Source of the DNA: Macrostomum lignano
Lineage: Eukaryota
Direction: 5' to 3'
DNA length: 64,000 nt
Assembly (NCBI GenBank): GCA_002269645.1
Contig: NIVC01000052.1
Location: forward strand, 310,001 to 374,000
Under the pieces are notes generated by a model. It saw only the letters and a list, made by a program, of their open reading frames with translations. It was not told the origin of the DNA and made no database searches. The translations under genes and the position numbers were made by a program. Shown piece by piece: positions 1-12,768 of this stretch; positions within the stretch are counted from its first letter, which is position 1; every line of letters starts with the position of its first letter.

Positions 1-3000
1 TCATCCTCCAGTTTCGCGCAGTCTACAACACAAGTGGCGGTGGCTGCAGCAGCCTCGGCGCCCTCCTCGTTCACCTCCAGGCAGGCCTTGTGAACCACCT
101 TGGACACGAACAGGTCCCTGGAAGACTTGCTGATACCGCTGAGGTCAGCGCAGCCCTCCGTGAACAGGCGCTTCACGCCCATGGCTGGCAAGTACTGGGG
201 ATCGCTCAATGTAAACTGCGTTTCCACCTGCAAAGGGAGGAAGGATTGGTTGCAGATGTGAGCTTGGCTTGGACTGGGCCAAATCTGGTTACGATGTGTC
301 GGAATCGGTCATTAACGATCATACCGCTGGGTCATGAAGTAGGCTAAATGCATACTGAACTTTGGGTGAATTGGATTTGATCTATTCAGGGTACATTACA
401 TCAATTTACGATGATAACAGCATTACGGATACTTGCTTATACAAGCTATTTTTTCGGTAAGTTCTGTACACTCACTAGCTAATAAAGGCACTATCAATTG
501 TAGGTAGCTGTTATGTGATCCAATTACATGTATGTTGCGATAAAACCGTGGTTGTAACCATGCACGATGGGAGATGTAACTCGCTTCTTTATGAGTATTG
601 GCATTTTATTTTACGTAGAAACTAGTAAATATTTGTAAGTAAGTATTAAAGCAGTAAAGAGTTCATTAAAACGTCACTATAGAAATTTAGTAAAGTAACT
701 ATACAGCTTGCTGAAAAGCCTTTCACAAGATGTTTTCGTTGCTGCTTCTGCTAATCTTGGCACAGAGCTCAATAGGTTCATCAGTTGAGCAGCTCAATTA
801 CAACTTAGTGCACCATATGAGCATGAACAAGGATCCTGGTGTTGTACAGGTCAGTAAGACTGGAGTAAGACCGTCATTGGCCACAAGGAAAAATCTTATT
901 GCTCTTCTGCCAGACCGAGTCCCGCTGCAACGCCTCAATCGGATGCCACAAAGACCCGGTGACTCTCTCGTGCGGCCTGCTGCAGATCAAAAGCACCGAC
1001 TGGATTGACGCCTCAGACTTGCCGGAAAACCTATTAGAGGAGGTCTGCGTAATTTATGAGTCTATAACATTCCGACCATAAACCCTGACCCTAACCTAAA
1101 TTGTCGGCAGTCAAATGGCTGGTAGTCAAATGCTTGACAGTCACATATCGGGCTCCTGCAGTCTATAGGACTTAAATAATTCATTTTAATATCCATATAC
1201 TTGCTCCGTTCTTATTCCCAAACCAAACCAGACTGGATGACCTGCACTACTGGGTTACAGAGTCTGCTTGTGCTCTGCTATATGGCAAGGTATGGCAAAT
1301 ATTGCTCAGGCGGAAGACAGCCAACCGATGAGTTGAAGAAAATGGCTCTTTGTTCAAGTGTGTTCGACCGACGTTGCGTTTGACCATTTGTGCAAAGCTC
1401 CCTTATGAGTTTAAAGATACATTTAACTACGTGTCCATCGATGAAGAAATGCCGCTTTAACACAACCGCTGAATTCACAGGACTATGCTCGCATTCACAA
1501 TGGCGGTCCACTAGGTAAGACAAGAACACCTCACTAATGTGAACTTCAGTGGTTGTGTTAAAGTGGCATTGCTTCATCGATGGCTACTGGAAGAAGAAAT
1601 GTTTAAGAATTCGTCTGCCTTGTGTGTATATGAACACTTGGCGTCGCAAGTATCAGTTTGATGTGCCCTCTCTACAGTTTAAGATGCACTCTCGGTCTGC
1701 CGATTCAATAGAATCATGCAACTCTCGCCTGCTGCTGCAGCCTGATGATTCTTATTTAAGTTGCTGATTAGTTAGTCTTTACAATTCAAACCCTTAATTT
1801 TCTCATTAGCAAACAAATACAACAAATACTCCTATGTAACGAAAGGCTTCCTTGTTAGAACGAAAGACCTCCGTTCCTTGTCTGCTCCGGCCCTGCCGTT
1901 GTTGACCCTGCAGCTTTAGCCCTCCCCTCGATAGAATTGAGTCTCATCAGCTCAGTCCAGTAAGGTTGAGTTGATCTGAATAAGCATCTTCACTAAATAA
2001 CTGACTATTAACTGATTAGAAGCACGCGTGTGTTGCCTTTGCGTTCGTTCTTTGGGACAGACCAGCCATTTGGAACGGACAGACCTGTGCGTTCGTGCGA
2101 CCCTGGTTGTCGGCCTAACTGCCAGCATGTGTAGTGCGAAATTTTGAACCTCACTAATCATTCAGAGCACGGACAAAGCCGGCTGGTCCATCTCGGGACA
2201 CAATTTCGTTGTATAGGTCATAAAGTCAACCAGAAATACTCACCTTGAATCGAGGCAGGTGTAAGTCAACCTCTCGTGCCATAGCCTGACGCGCCAACTC
2301 CAAGATGTTGTCTAACCGAGCTTCAGACTTTAGAGCCGCGTCCAGCTGGTGCCGCTCCTGCGGCAGGACTATTACCATGCTGCAGCTGTCACCAGCGAAC
2401 AGCAGCTGGACTAGACGCAATCCGCGACCTTCAGTGTAGAGAAAATCGCGTTTGTTCTGCATCATCCGCACGGGAGACTGGCTGCCCGGCACCGACTCGA
2501 ACTGTCCATCGTAGGTGTCATCTCGGTCGAAGGGGTCCATCCAGTCGCCTTTGAAATAGATAGCGTTCACCAGCACAAAGCGAGTGTTGGTATCGAGAGA
2601 ACCTCTGAAAGTGTTACATTGTTAGCTATCTGTCATTAATTGAACCTACTTAAAAAGTTTTAAAAGCAAAAAACGTTAACTTACTGCTTACTACTCAAGT
2701 CAATAACTTGAAAGACGTAATCAAGTTTTTTAAAGCATTTAATAAAAAATCTTTACTGAATACACAGCCGTATTGAGAATATTCTGTGGTTTTGTATACA
2801 GTACGAAGTCGTGTCCTAAAGATTGAAGTAACATGAAGGAGACATTGATTTACCTATTAGCTATTAGCTTAGCTAGCTTAGCTTAGCATTAGCTATTTAC
2901 GGCTACAAGACCAATCTAACTGAGACGTTCTAAATCCAAGAGGTTAAATTTTCTAGCTTAGCTTTACTCACCGTGCGAGCAGCTCCCGGATCTTGCTGCT

Positions 3001-3420
3001 GGTCTGCTGCTCCACCCACTGGTTGATGGCCTCTCTAGCAGCTTCGCACTGCTGCTTGAAGTCCACACTGCCCAGCTCGGCTCCGTAGCTCTTGGCCAGG
3101 GTGCCGCTGAACTCCGCCTCGATGGCGAAGCTTCTCTCCGCGAACAGCCTGTTGGCCACCGCCAGCTTCACGCCCTGACGTCCGCTGTTCAGCGCCGAGA
3201 TCAGCCGGCCCATGTCCGAGTGCGGAGACTTCAGCTGGCTCAGGTGCAGAGCCTGCGACAGCTCCGCCTCGGTCTCGGTCTTGGCTCCGGCCAGGGTCAT
3301 GGCGAGGGCCACCTGCACAGAGGCTGGCGACAGAAACACATTCTCAGACTTGTGCTGCTCGATCACCTGGTTCAGCAGCGACCAGGCGAAGCGGACGGCG
3401 CTCTCGGTTAGGCTGGACAT
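1..3420 (-). CDS. Intracellular serpin (clade-B-like, no signal peptide); 3' end lies beyond the window. Exons 3420-2972, 2604-2244, 227-<1
   Basis: Serpin motifs [75 protein letters not shown]. Junctions CG|GTGAGT..TTTCAG|A (phase 2) and AAG|GTGAGT..TTGCAG|GTG (phase 0) join in frame. Confidence 0.95.
730..1620 (+). pseudogene. i-type lysozyme/destabilase (GH22i)-like gene, probably degenerate or containing assembly indels, nested antisense in serpin intron 2
   Basis: Signal peptide [14 protein letters not shown] (730-). [35 protein letters not shown] (about 905-1010). [22 protein letters not shown] (about 1232-1330). CAG|[12 protein letters not shown]|GTAAG (1481-1514). GYWKKKC (about 1585-1605). 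These match i-type lysozyme blocks in the correct order, but several splice phases/frames do not reconcile. Confidence 0.8.
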
Positions 3421-5859
3421 TCTCGGGATTGCAGTTTCTGCTGAAATGCACCGAGAAAATACAGTCAGTACAGCAGTCTTCGAAAATCGAAATTTCCGAA
3501 AATCACAAATGTACTTTCAACAGTTGCCCTATCCATGGCCATGCACTTTATCATACCCATTGTATGGCATCTCAGTAACAAATAGGCAACTAGCTACTGG
3601 TTCCCTTGTTGGTCCCACTTACATTAAGTTATGAAACCATTATGGAGTATTCCATTTTTTAAACAGCAGATATCCTTTGGGGTATCCCTTAACCAACACC
3701 AAGTCTGTTTTAATCAACACAAAGTTCTAAGAAATTCGTCTATAAGTTCCCTGCACTTGTTGCTACTCGTAAACGACTTTGTTGGTCGTAAATTTTCGGA
3801 AAGCAGTCTTCAGTAAAATTTATTCATCGCTGACTTCATTCGTACACGGAATCATTATCAAGCATAGTTGCATGTCACCAGATGCATGAGTTCAGTTTCT
3901 AGTAGTTCACAAAGCTAATTCACGCTCTTAATGCATTCGATGCGCACTGAATCTTAATGCATGGCGTTACACGTACGCGGCAGCTTTCAATCGAAGCGTT
4001 TTGCTCAGTCGTTGCTTTTTTGGCTTATTAGACATCAAATACTATGACAACAATTGTGCATTGTTCTCACACTCTTGCTCGCCCTGACGCATTTAAAATG
4101 AGGCATTTCGGTTTGGCGTCTGGCACCTTTGCGTGTATCCGCTTTAAGGCTATATACAAAAGTAATTAACTGGAAAGTCGATCTGTTGTTGAGTTCTGCT
4201 GATTTTTTGTTAATGAAGCAATTCGACTTCGAGTAGCAAAATGGCTGCCCCCTTCACTACAGGGATACAGTGTTTGCCCGGCCATATTCCCGATTTCCAA
4301 TGCACGTTGAATCACGCTGATCTGTGAGTGAACACTGACTAGTTTATCGGTTCTCAAATTGTATAATTCGTGTTTCTCAACGCCCAAAATCTGGACTAAC
4401 GTGACTTAGCAAATCATTAAAAGTTTTCTTACGATGCTGTAGCTAAAACCAAGACAAGGCGCCAAGCATGCAAAGGCGCCAAAATGCTAAATAGGTAACA
4501 CACAAATTAGGCACCGAAATGCCTGGTAACCGATGTTTTCGACTCAAACCCTGATGCTGAGTACTTCCGATATACAATCTACCGCAATATTGTTTAGTCA
4601 AGGACTACTCAAGTTGAGTCAAGTATGAATAGTACAAAAGTCTAGGATGCAGGTTTTACCGAAAATACAGTAAAAATACAGGAGAATGAAGGTTTTCAAA
4701 AAATTTGTTATTGCTTTTGATAGAAGGTAGACCCAATGCTCATCTTTTGATATGTTTTGCCTTTTAGTACATGTTGGGTGCCTAAAAATCATTTAAATGG
4801 CACAGCTTCTCATGGGTTTCATGAATATATTTTGTCATTCTTATTTGACTGTGCAATAAAATGTGTAACAGAGCGATAAAATGGATTCTTAAAACCAATG
4901 AGTCAAGCTGTGCCATTCTTTATGAAAATGAAAAGCCGTCCTTCTACTTGAGTGGTCCTTGTGTTTAGTATGCACCACAGATACTAGAATAATATGATAT
5001 TTATTAATTAGTTATTCTAGCCTTTTAATAGCTATACTTAAGAGCTATTAAAGGCTGGAGAGAGCTGGGAAAGAGAAGGCTTTTTATCACTTTGGTTGGC
5101 TTTTGCAGTCTATGGCCCACAGACTTAGGCAAGACGCAGCCAAGGCCCCTCGTCACTTCAGCATTTGATTTCGTCCATTGATACACGAAAGCCATAGAAT
5201 AGGATCGTGTGCCACTAAAAAGGCACACTGCGTTTAATTTCGTCAACATCACGAAGCCATAGCCATAGACCATGAAATGACAAACGCAAACTTGTAAGAG
5301 AGAAACTTGAACAGAGCAGAAAGTCTCCGGTAATTGACGGCAAGCATTCAGCGATGATTTTCATGTTGAGCCATGGATAGTTCCTTAGACGAAATCTAAG
5401 GCAGTTTTTCCCGAAATCCATTTCTTGTCTCTTCATTTATCCCACACTGCTTTGGCTATTTTGTTTTCCCAAAAGCCCTATTTGCAATGAATGAAGCTTG
5501 AAAAAATCAAACGCTGAAGTGACGAATTCAATCGTAAACGGTATAGCATAAAGGTATAGTATAGTTATAGCTTATTTCCTTATGTGCGCTATGACCTTGA
5601 TTTAAATATCGGGCAAAGCACGAGCGCGCGTGTTTTCTGGCAATTGTTTAACAAAGCTACACACTATAGACAAGTGTATTGTATAATATATCGTATTTGC
5701 CCGGCACAGGTGTCATTTTTCCACACTAGAGAGAAAAATAAGAAGGGTCGAAACCGTCTAATAGATGATAAAGTTGGGAAAATAGTCACGTGATATAGTA
5801 CTAGGGAGGAAAAAGCCCGTTGAAAACGATACCGTGACAAGAATTGCCGAATACTTGTT

Positions 5860-6245
5860 GCAAACAGCTCTCTAGTGACTCTTTAACGACTCAAACATGT
5901 CTAATGCGATGGAAAGGCGAATGTTAGCGCGTCACGTGAATTGTAGAATCGTATAGTCGCGAAAGAATCGTCCTAAGAATCCTTGTACCAGTGCCTAACT
6001 TTCGCTTTCTAATAACTGACTCTAAGTCACCAAGCGACGCAAATGCGCTTCAAACACATCTCAGTGGCTCTAAGAGGTCTCAAATACGACTCAACGGCCC
6101 CAGAGTCACTAGCGTCACCCCAGATTCGTTTCAGAGTTGCAGACAACAAAACGCTGTAAAATTGATTCCAAGGTAACTCTGACGACTTTTAGAGTGAGAA
6201 GATCTCGTCGCTTTAGAGTCGTTTAGGGTCACTTCTTGCAAAAAC
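5860..6245. mobile_element. Dispersed MITE-like repeat rich in GACTC/GAGTC; related inverted copy at about 7860-8170
   Basis: The reverse complement of 6181-6230 (gaccctaaacgactctaaagcgacgagat...) matches 7921-7980 (gactctaaacgactctaaaatgacgagat...). Imperfect terminal inverted similarity; no clear TSD. Confidence 0.5.
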
Positions 6246-7353
6246 TGATTGCCTATGAAATTATATTCTTATGATTCTTATGCCACAAACTTCAAAGCAC
6301 ATACCAGTTAGTTACTGAACCCATTTCCGTTCATACGATTTCGAACGAATAGGAAGGGATACTGCCATCTGACTGCCGATGATTTAGGTTTATGGGCTTA
6401 GGGTTAGGTTCGGGTCAGGTTTAAGGTTGGAGTTGTTTTTTTGGAGCTGCCGAACGTCTCATAAGCCTAATTAACAGTTCCATTAGAACCAACAAAAGTA
6501 CGCAAAAAATCTCATGCATTTGACTAAACGATTGCTATGGACTAAAATCGGTTGTAAAATTGAAAAAAAATGCAATGCATTAAAAAGACGTGCAGAAAAA
6601 ATTGTAAAAAACGCAACAATAGGTTAGAGCAGAATCTCTAGGGCTAGAAGACAAATATATTTTACTAGTGTAATACCAGTATTCATACAGGCCCCAGCAA
6701 ACAATCAAAGCTTTTTAAGAAGAAAAGTTATTTTTTACAGAACGGGATCAATCAAGCTACTAATAGAAGAATCGAGAAGTTGTTTGAGAAATCACTTGTA
6801 CTTGTAAGTTATTAATAAATTTTTCATTTGTGATAGAATACAACTTTATATAAGTGATCCGCGTATAGGCTTGGCCTATTTTTTGGCGGCAATCATTAGC
6901 AAGAACACAGAGAAAGTCACTTTTAACTACAAGATTTATTGGGAGGGGCTACAGACCCAACCGCAAAGCTCGAATCTAATGATTCCCTGACTGTTAACAC
7001 TGGAAAATGATTTCAAATTTATTCAATACATGTATGACAAAAATATTTCACCTAGAAAAATGCTACCTAAGGGCTACCGGGCGAGCGACCATCCACCTCC
7101 TGGACTCTCGGGAGGTGCTCCCCCTCTGCAGCTGAGTCAAGAAAGTTGATGATTGGTCTTCAACTATATCGACTTTGATTTGGCAATTAATCAACAATTG
7201 ATTAATAATCGCAGCTTTTCCTACCGCTTGAAGAGGATTTTTCGGCAGGTTAAGTCCCTCATCTTTGCCAGTCTCCAATAGAATTTCGGATTTCCAAGAG
7301 CATTCATATCTCGCTCTACTGCCTAGTTCATGCAAGCTCAAAAACCAATTGAT

Positions 7354-8853
7354 TTAAAACACTGGCGACTCCTGCCGCTCCAACTGCAGCTTCCTGCCGC
7401 CGTCTGCTACTCCTCGGGCGTCACCTTCGCCGATGTCGCCGCGAGTGGGTTTTGGCGGCCTGGCCAGCAGCTCCACCAGGGCTTCCAGAGCCGCCTGACT
7501 CTCCACGAAGCCGGCATCGGCGGCGCTGGCCAGCTCGGCAGCTAGATGGCCGCAGCGGAGCCGGTCAGCCTGGCGCAGGGCCCGCACCGTGTCGCAGCTG
7601 CCGTCGCTGCCGCCACCAGCAGCTTCAGAAGCAGCTCCCGCTGCAGTGCCGCCGCCGCGCTGCGGGGCCAGGTGGGTCCGGCAGACCGGCAGCACCTCCA
7701 TAGGCAGGCATTCCATAGCGCCGCCGGAGACACCGCCGGAACCCGGATGCAGCTGCAGCGCTGTTGTGTCCGTCACCAGAGCCTGAAGTAGGTAAATGTA
7801 CGCTGCATTGGAACTCATGGCACACTCTCCCGATATACACGGTGCCCAGGCCAAGAAGTGTCCCAGAGTGACTTGCATCGCCCCAGAGTCGTTGCAGATG
7901 ACACAGGTAAAATAGGAAAAGACTCTAAACGACTCTAAAATGACGAGATGTCACGGTACAAGTCGCCAAAAAGTCGTCAAAGACTCGCCCAATAATCACT
8001 TTGAAGTGTTTTATTATCTGCGACTCCAAAATGACTCTGAGGCGATGGTATAACGACTCTGCCGGCCGTAGACTAGTCACTGATTAGTATTTGAAGCACT
8101 CTAACTAGCCTACTGAGTTAGTAGACAGTTAAGCGCCAGCACAACGATTCTTTAGATGACTCTTTTAAGCATGCATTCATAGCCCTGAGTTTCTCATTGT
8201 GCCATTTTTCCGGAATCGAACCCGGGACTTTGGTGCTAGATCAAGTCGAATTAAATTGACAGAACCACTCATTTGCCCTCTTTTTTCCAGTAATATGAAG
8301 CGGTGCCCAGAAGCTGACCACTCAGCCCCAATAGCCAAGAAGAGGGCCCACTCCAGCCCACCTGAGTAGTGGCATCCCTGGCGTGCTGCACCAGCACCAG
8401 CAGCAGGTCGGGCTGTTTAAACTCCTCGCACAGCCGCCTGTGAATGTGCGCCTCCTTGGCTGACAGCTGCACCAGCTGCGGCTGCTGCTCCGGCCGAAGG
8501 CAGTCGCCGATCCGGCGGCGATACCAGCCGATAACGGCGCCGTCGGTGGCTTCGGCGGCGGCCCGAGCGGCGGAAGCGGCGCCGGAGACGGCCAGACGGG
8601 GCAGCGGCGCGAGCGACACGACCCGGTAGCGCCGGCTGGCCGTGGTGGCGGCCTCCGCCTGGTCGGTCCTGACGGTGCGAGACTCCAGCTCGCGGCTGCC
8701 GAGCAGGAGGCCGTCAGGCGGATCGAGCTGGGCGCACAGGGAGGCAAACTGCGGCGAAGGCAGCGAGACGTTGCCGGCAGTCGCCGCCGCAGCGGTCGTC
8801 GATGCGGGGGCGCTGAAGCCGCCATTGGTGAATTCACCGCCTGGGCTGAGCAT
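7354..8853 (-). CDS. ABRAXAS: Abraxas/FAM175-like MPN- domain protein (BRCA1-A/BRISC scaffold family), about 306 aa. Exons 8853-8362, 7782-7354
   Basis: DGLLLG, VIGWYRRR, SAKEAHIHRRL, DLLLVLV parallel the Abraxas MPN- core (EGFLLG, VVGWYKFRR, RERLLHKNL, DLVFLLL), followed by a helical C-terminus. CAG|GTGGG..TTCAG|GCT is a phase-0 join. Confidence 0.65.
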
Positions 8854-8937
8854 GGAGAGTCCGCAGCGACATGAATTAACAAATTGGATTTGCAGTTCAA
8901 GTGAAATATTTTAAACTAAGGCCAGATCTAGTTAGCT

Positions 8938-9232
8938 CATCACGTGATTAAGATGACGGCATCACGTGACTGAACACAATTGCATCACGTGTTAGATAGC
9001 GACATCATGTGACTAAAGAAAATGAAATCATGTACCTAAGAAAGTTACAGCACGTGACTAAAGAAAGTTACATCACGTGACTATAGAAAATGACATCACG
9101 TGACTAAAGTTACGTGGCATCACTTGACTAAAGACAGTGGAATCACGTGATTAAAGACAGTGGAATCACGTGATTAAAGACAGTGGCATCACGTGACTAA
9201 AGAAATGGCGTCACGTGACTAAAGAAAATGAT
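8938..9232. repeat. Degenerate ~22-bp tandem array containing 10 exact CACGTG E-boxes (mostly TCACGTGA)
   Basis: Repeated atcacgtgactaaag units, starting about 90 bp upstream of the Abraxas-like ATG. Confidence 0.85.
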
Positions 9233-9834
9233 ATCAATATGAGAGCGATTATGAAGAACACGAACTCCACTTTAATCAAGACAGTTTAGAGGTGATTAAT
9301 ATAATAGAATATCCAGAACCTTGTGTTGACAACCTCTTACTTAGAGAATCGTCAGGGGGCTCAAAAGTCAGTCTTCTCTTCTTATTAAAATCTAAATTCT
9401 ACACTGAAGTAATTGAGCAAAGATATTTTCAAAAATTCATAAAAATTGAATGAAGATCAACAGAAAAGTTCAAGTATATTAAAGCTCATAAAGTTTAACA
9501 ACAACATAAAATCTGATTTGAAAAAACCAATCAGACTACTCGCGAATGACAGTGAGATGCGCAAAATGGCCTACTGATTGCCAGTAGTATCGAACAAAAT
9601 GAATATTGCTACAGCAAAAAGTCGTGCTGAAAATGCATTGAACGATATATTGTTTAATTCTTGATAGAAATTGATTAAAAATCATCGATGATGACAAAAA
9701 ATTTTATGATTATTGCAACGGCTAAAAACGACAAAAACACGAAAGAGCAACTTTAAGTCCCACAAGTTTTGACTTTCATTTTGTTTTAAATGAAAAAATA
9801 CATGCGATAGTGTAAAATATTCAAATCTAACTGT

Positions 9835-10410
9835 ACATTGTCACCCGCACTAACCTTATCTCGACTCTGTCCCAATGTGCATTGTCTCCCGCGCTAACCT
9901 TATCCGCCGACTCTGTCCCAATGTACATTGTCTCCCGCGCTAACCTTATCCGCCGACTCTGTCCCAATGTACATTGTCTCCCGCGCTAACCTTATCCGCC
10001 GACTCTGTCCCAATGTACATTGTCTCCCGCGCTAACCTTATCCACCGACTCTGTCCCAATGTACATTGTCTCCCGCGCTAACCTTATCCGCCGACTCTGT
10101 CCCAATGTGCATTGTCTCTTGCGCTAACCTTATCCGCCGACTCTGTCCCAATGTACATTGTCTCCCGCGCTAACCTTATCTCGATTCTATCCTAACTCCT
10201 AATGTACATTGTCTCCCGCGCTAACCTTATCCGCCGACTCTGTCCCAATGTACATTGTCTCCCGCGCTAACCTTATCCGCCGACTCTGTCCCAATGTGCA
10301 TTGTCTCCCGCGCTAACCTTATCCGCCGACTCTGTCCCAATGTACATTGTCTCCCGCGCTAACCTTATCTCGATTCTATCCTAACTCCTAATGTGCATTG
10401 TCTCCCGCAC
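9835..10410. repeat. 46-bp minisatellite, about 12 copies
   Basis: Unit tgtacattgtctcccgcgctaaccttatccgccgactctgtcccaa; period checked at 9921 and 9967. Confidence 0.95.
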
Positions 10411-10642
10411 TAATATTTCCCCGTAAAAACGCCTGAAAATCAAAAGAAATGTAAGGACACGAAGAGTCCGATCTCGAATGCCCTCGAATAACCTAAATCG
10501 AGCTATTTTGTTCCTGATCCATTGCTGAAATTCTGAAACAGCTACTGAAAGTAGAAAAAAAGAACTTTTTTTTACAAAACAGACAACCGGAACCGGATTA
10601 ACTACTAGCGGTTAGTCGCATCTGATTATAACAATTTTTTTA

Positions 10643-11533
10643 TCAGAACTCGCCGCGTCTGATCGGGCCAGCAGCCATGTCGGCGCAGTGGGCGGGCGCG
10701 CCCGGATCGGTCGGGTCGTAGGCCAGACAGGCGGACCAGAGCGCCGCAGGCAGCAGCGCCAGCAACGACAGGGCGGCGAGGAGAGCCAGCATGCCGGCTG
10801 GGCCGCAGGCGGAGCCGAAGCGAGCCAGGCAGAGCTGAGCAGCCAGCCAGACTGACACAAGCAGCAGGCCGGCCGCTTCTCGGCCCTCCTCGTGCGCCAG
10901 AGGATTTCTAGCTAACAACGACTGCTGATGTTGGTTGCCATGGAGACTGGTTGGTAGCAGGGCCGACTGGAGCAGGTAAGCGAGGCCCGACAGGCAGATG
11001 GCAGAGTGAGCCAGCATTAGCCAGCGGGTTGCGTTGTTGGCTGTTAATAAAATAAGGGAATAAAATACGGGTTAAAATGTCTGCATTAGCCTACTAGCAG
11101 TAGAAATGCAAGAAAAATAACAGTTTTCAGGAGTCTGACTCACTTAAAAGCGAAGGCTTCAAGGCAAGTGCCAGCGCCAGCAGACAGGGTAACGCGTAGA
11201 TGGGCTGAAGTGCGGGATATTAAAAACAATAAATACGCTATAGCTGCCTACTATTAGTAGTCTGATGCCAACAATTACTCAATTTTTTGCTGACAAACTC
11301 ACAATCCAAACCGCTGGGTCGGGATCGTTGGTCTGCACAGCGGCGCACATGAAAAACAGGCAGCTGGCCAGCAGGTTGGCGCAGCGCCAAATCCAGAACC
11401 GACCGCCCGCGCTTCCCAGCGGCTGAGAGGGTACATCATGCCCTTGCTGCTGCTGCGGCTGGCTTGAGTGCATACTGATGAGGCGAGAGTCTGGCGCTCC
11501 AGATGATGATGATGATGAATGTCGCCTTATCAT
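10643..11533 (-). CDS. TMEM220: TMEM220-like membrane protein, about 229 aa. Exons 11533-11303, 11204-11144, 11040-10643 (start Met uncertain)
   Basis: WRCANLLASCLFFMCAAVQTNDPDPAVWI, HEEGREAAGLLLVSVW and the terminal PAHC match TMEM220 (VQVNDPD, HEEEGRELSGL, PTHC). GT-AG junctions are in phase (0, 1). Confidence 0.9.
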
Positions 11534-11626
11534 TTTTACGCATGAATTTCATCAAGTTTTGTTTGTTTGTCCGACTTGAATATGAGAGCCATTTGCAAGA
11601 GGCGAGGGCGATCGTAGAAGGGGAAT

Positions 11627-12412
11627 TAGGGGAATTCTAGAAAGGGATAGTAGGAAATTCTAGAAGGGAATTAGGGGAATTCTAGAAGGGGATAAGGGGA
11701 AATTCTAGAAGGGGATTAGGGGAAATTCTAGAAGGGGATTAGGGGAATTTTAGAAGAGGATAACCGGCGATTCTAGAAGGAAATAAGGGGCGATTCTAGA
11801 AGGAGATAAGGGGCGATTCTAGAAGGGGATAAGGAGCGATTTTAGAAGGCGATAAAGGGTGATTTTAGAAGGGGATAAAGGGCGATTCTAGAAGGGATAG
11901 GGGGAAATTCTAAAAGGGGATAAGGGAAAACTCTAGAAGGGGATAAGGGGCGATTCTAGAAGGGGATTCGGGGAATTCTAGAAGAGGATTAGGGGAATTC
12001 TAGAAAGGGATAAGGGGAATTCTAGAATGGGATTAGGGGAATTCTAGAAAGGGATAAGGGGAATTCTAGAAAGGGATAAGGGGAAATTCTAGAAGGGGAT
12101 TAAGGGAATTCTAGAAAGGGATAAGGGGAATTCTAAAAGGGGATTAGGGGAATTCTAGAAGAGGATAAGGGGAATTTTAGAATGGGATTAGGGGAAATTC
12201 TAGAAGGGGATTAAGGGAATTCTAGAAAGGGATAAGGGGAATTCTAGAAGGGGATTAGGGGAATTCTAGAAGAGGATAAGGGGAATTTTAGAATGGGATT
12301 AGGGGAATTCTAGAAAGGGATAAGGGGAAATTCCTAGAATAAAGGGAGATTCTAGAAGGGGATAACGGGCGATTCTAGAAGGGGATCACGGGCGATTCTA
12401 GAAGGGGATAAA
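11627..12412. repeat. ~21-23-bp purine-rich minisatellite
   Basis: Unit like ttctagaaggggattaggggaa, with TCTAGA and GAATTC cores. Confidence 0.95.
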
Positions 12413-12768
12413 GGACTGATTGCTAAGCTTGGATACTGGAAAAGGCTCTAGATTCCAGAAGTAAATTTTGATCAGAGCTGAACATGCGTTGTAAACCAAG
12501 GCAAGCAAAATCATGCAAATCGGCTATGTATTTTTATATGTAGAAATATTTGCAGTACTTAGCAGTACCAAAAACTGAGTAACACAATTTTATAACAACT
12601 TGGCGATTCACACGATTGTTAAACGCGAGCCAAGGCTAAGCTTGACGCCGAAATGCGGAAACCGGAGAAAGAAAAAAAGAACAACAGAAGAAAAAATGCA
12701 CTGTAATTAACCGGTATGAACAGATATTGGGAACAGGCTACTAAAACTAGACAGACATGTGAGACCCA

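Noticed and set aside
4166-5436. Several 70-80-aa ORFs upstream of the serpin
   Set aside because: No recognisable motifs or consistent exon structure; possibly decayed TE sequence.
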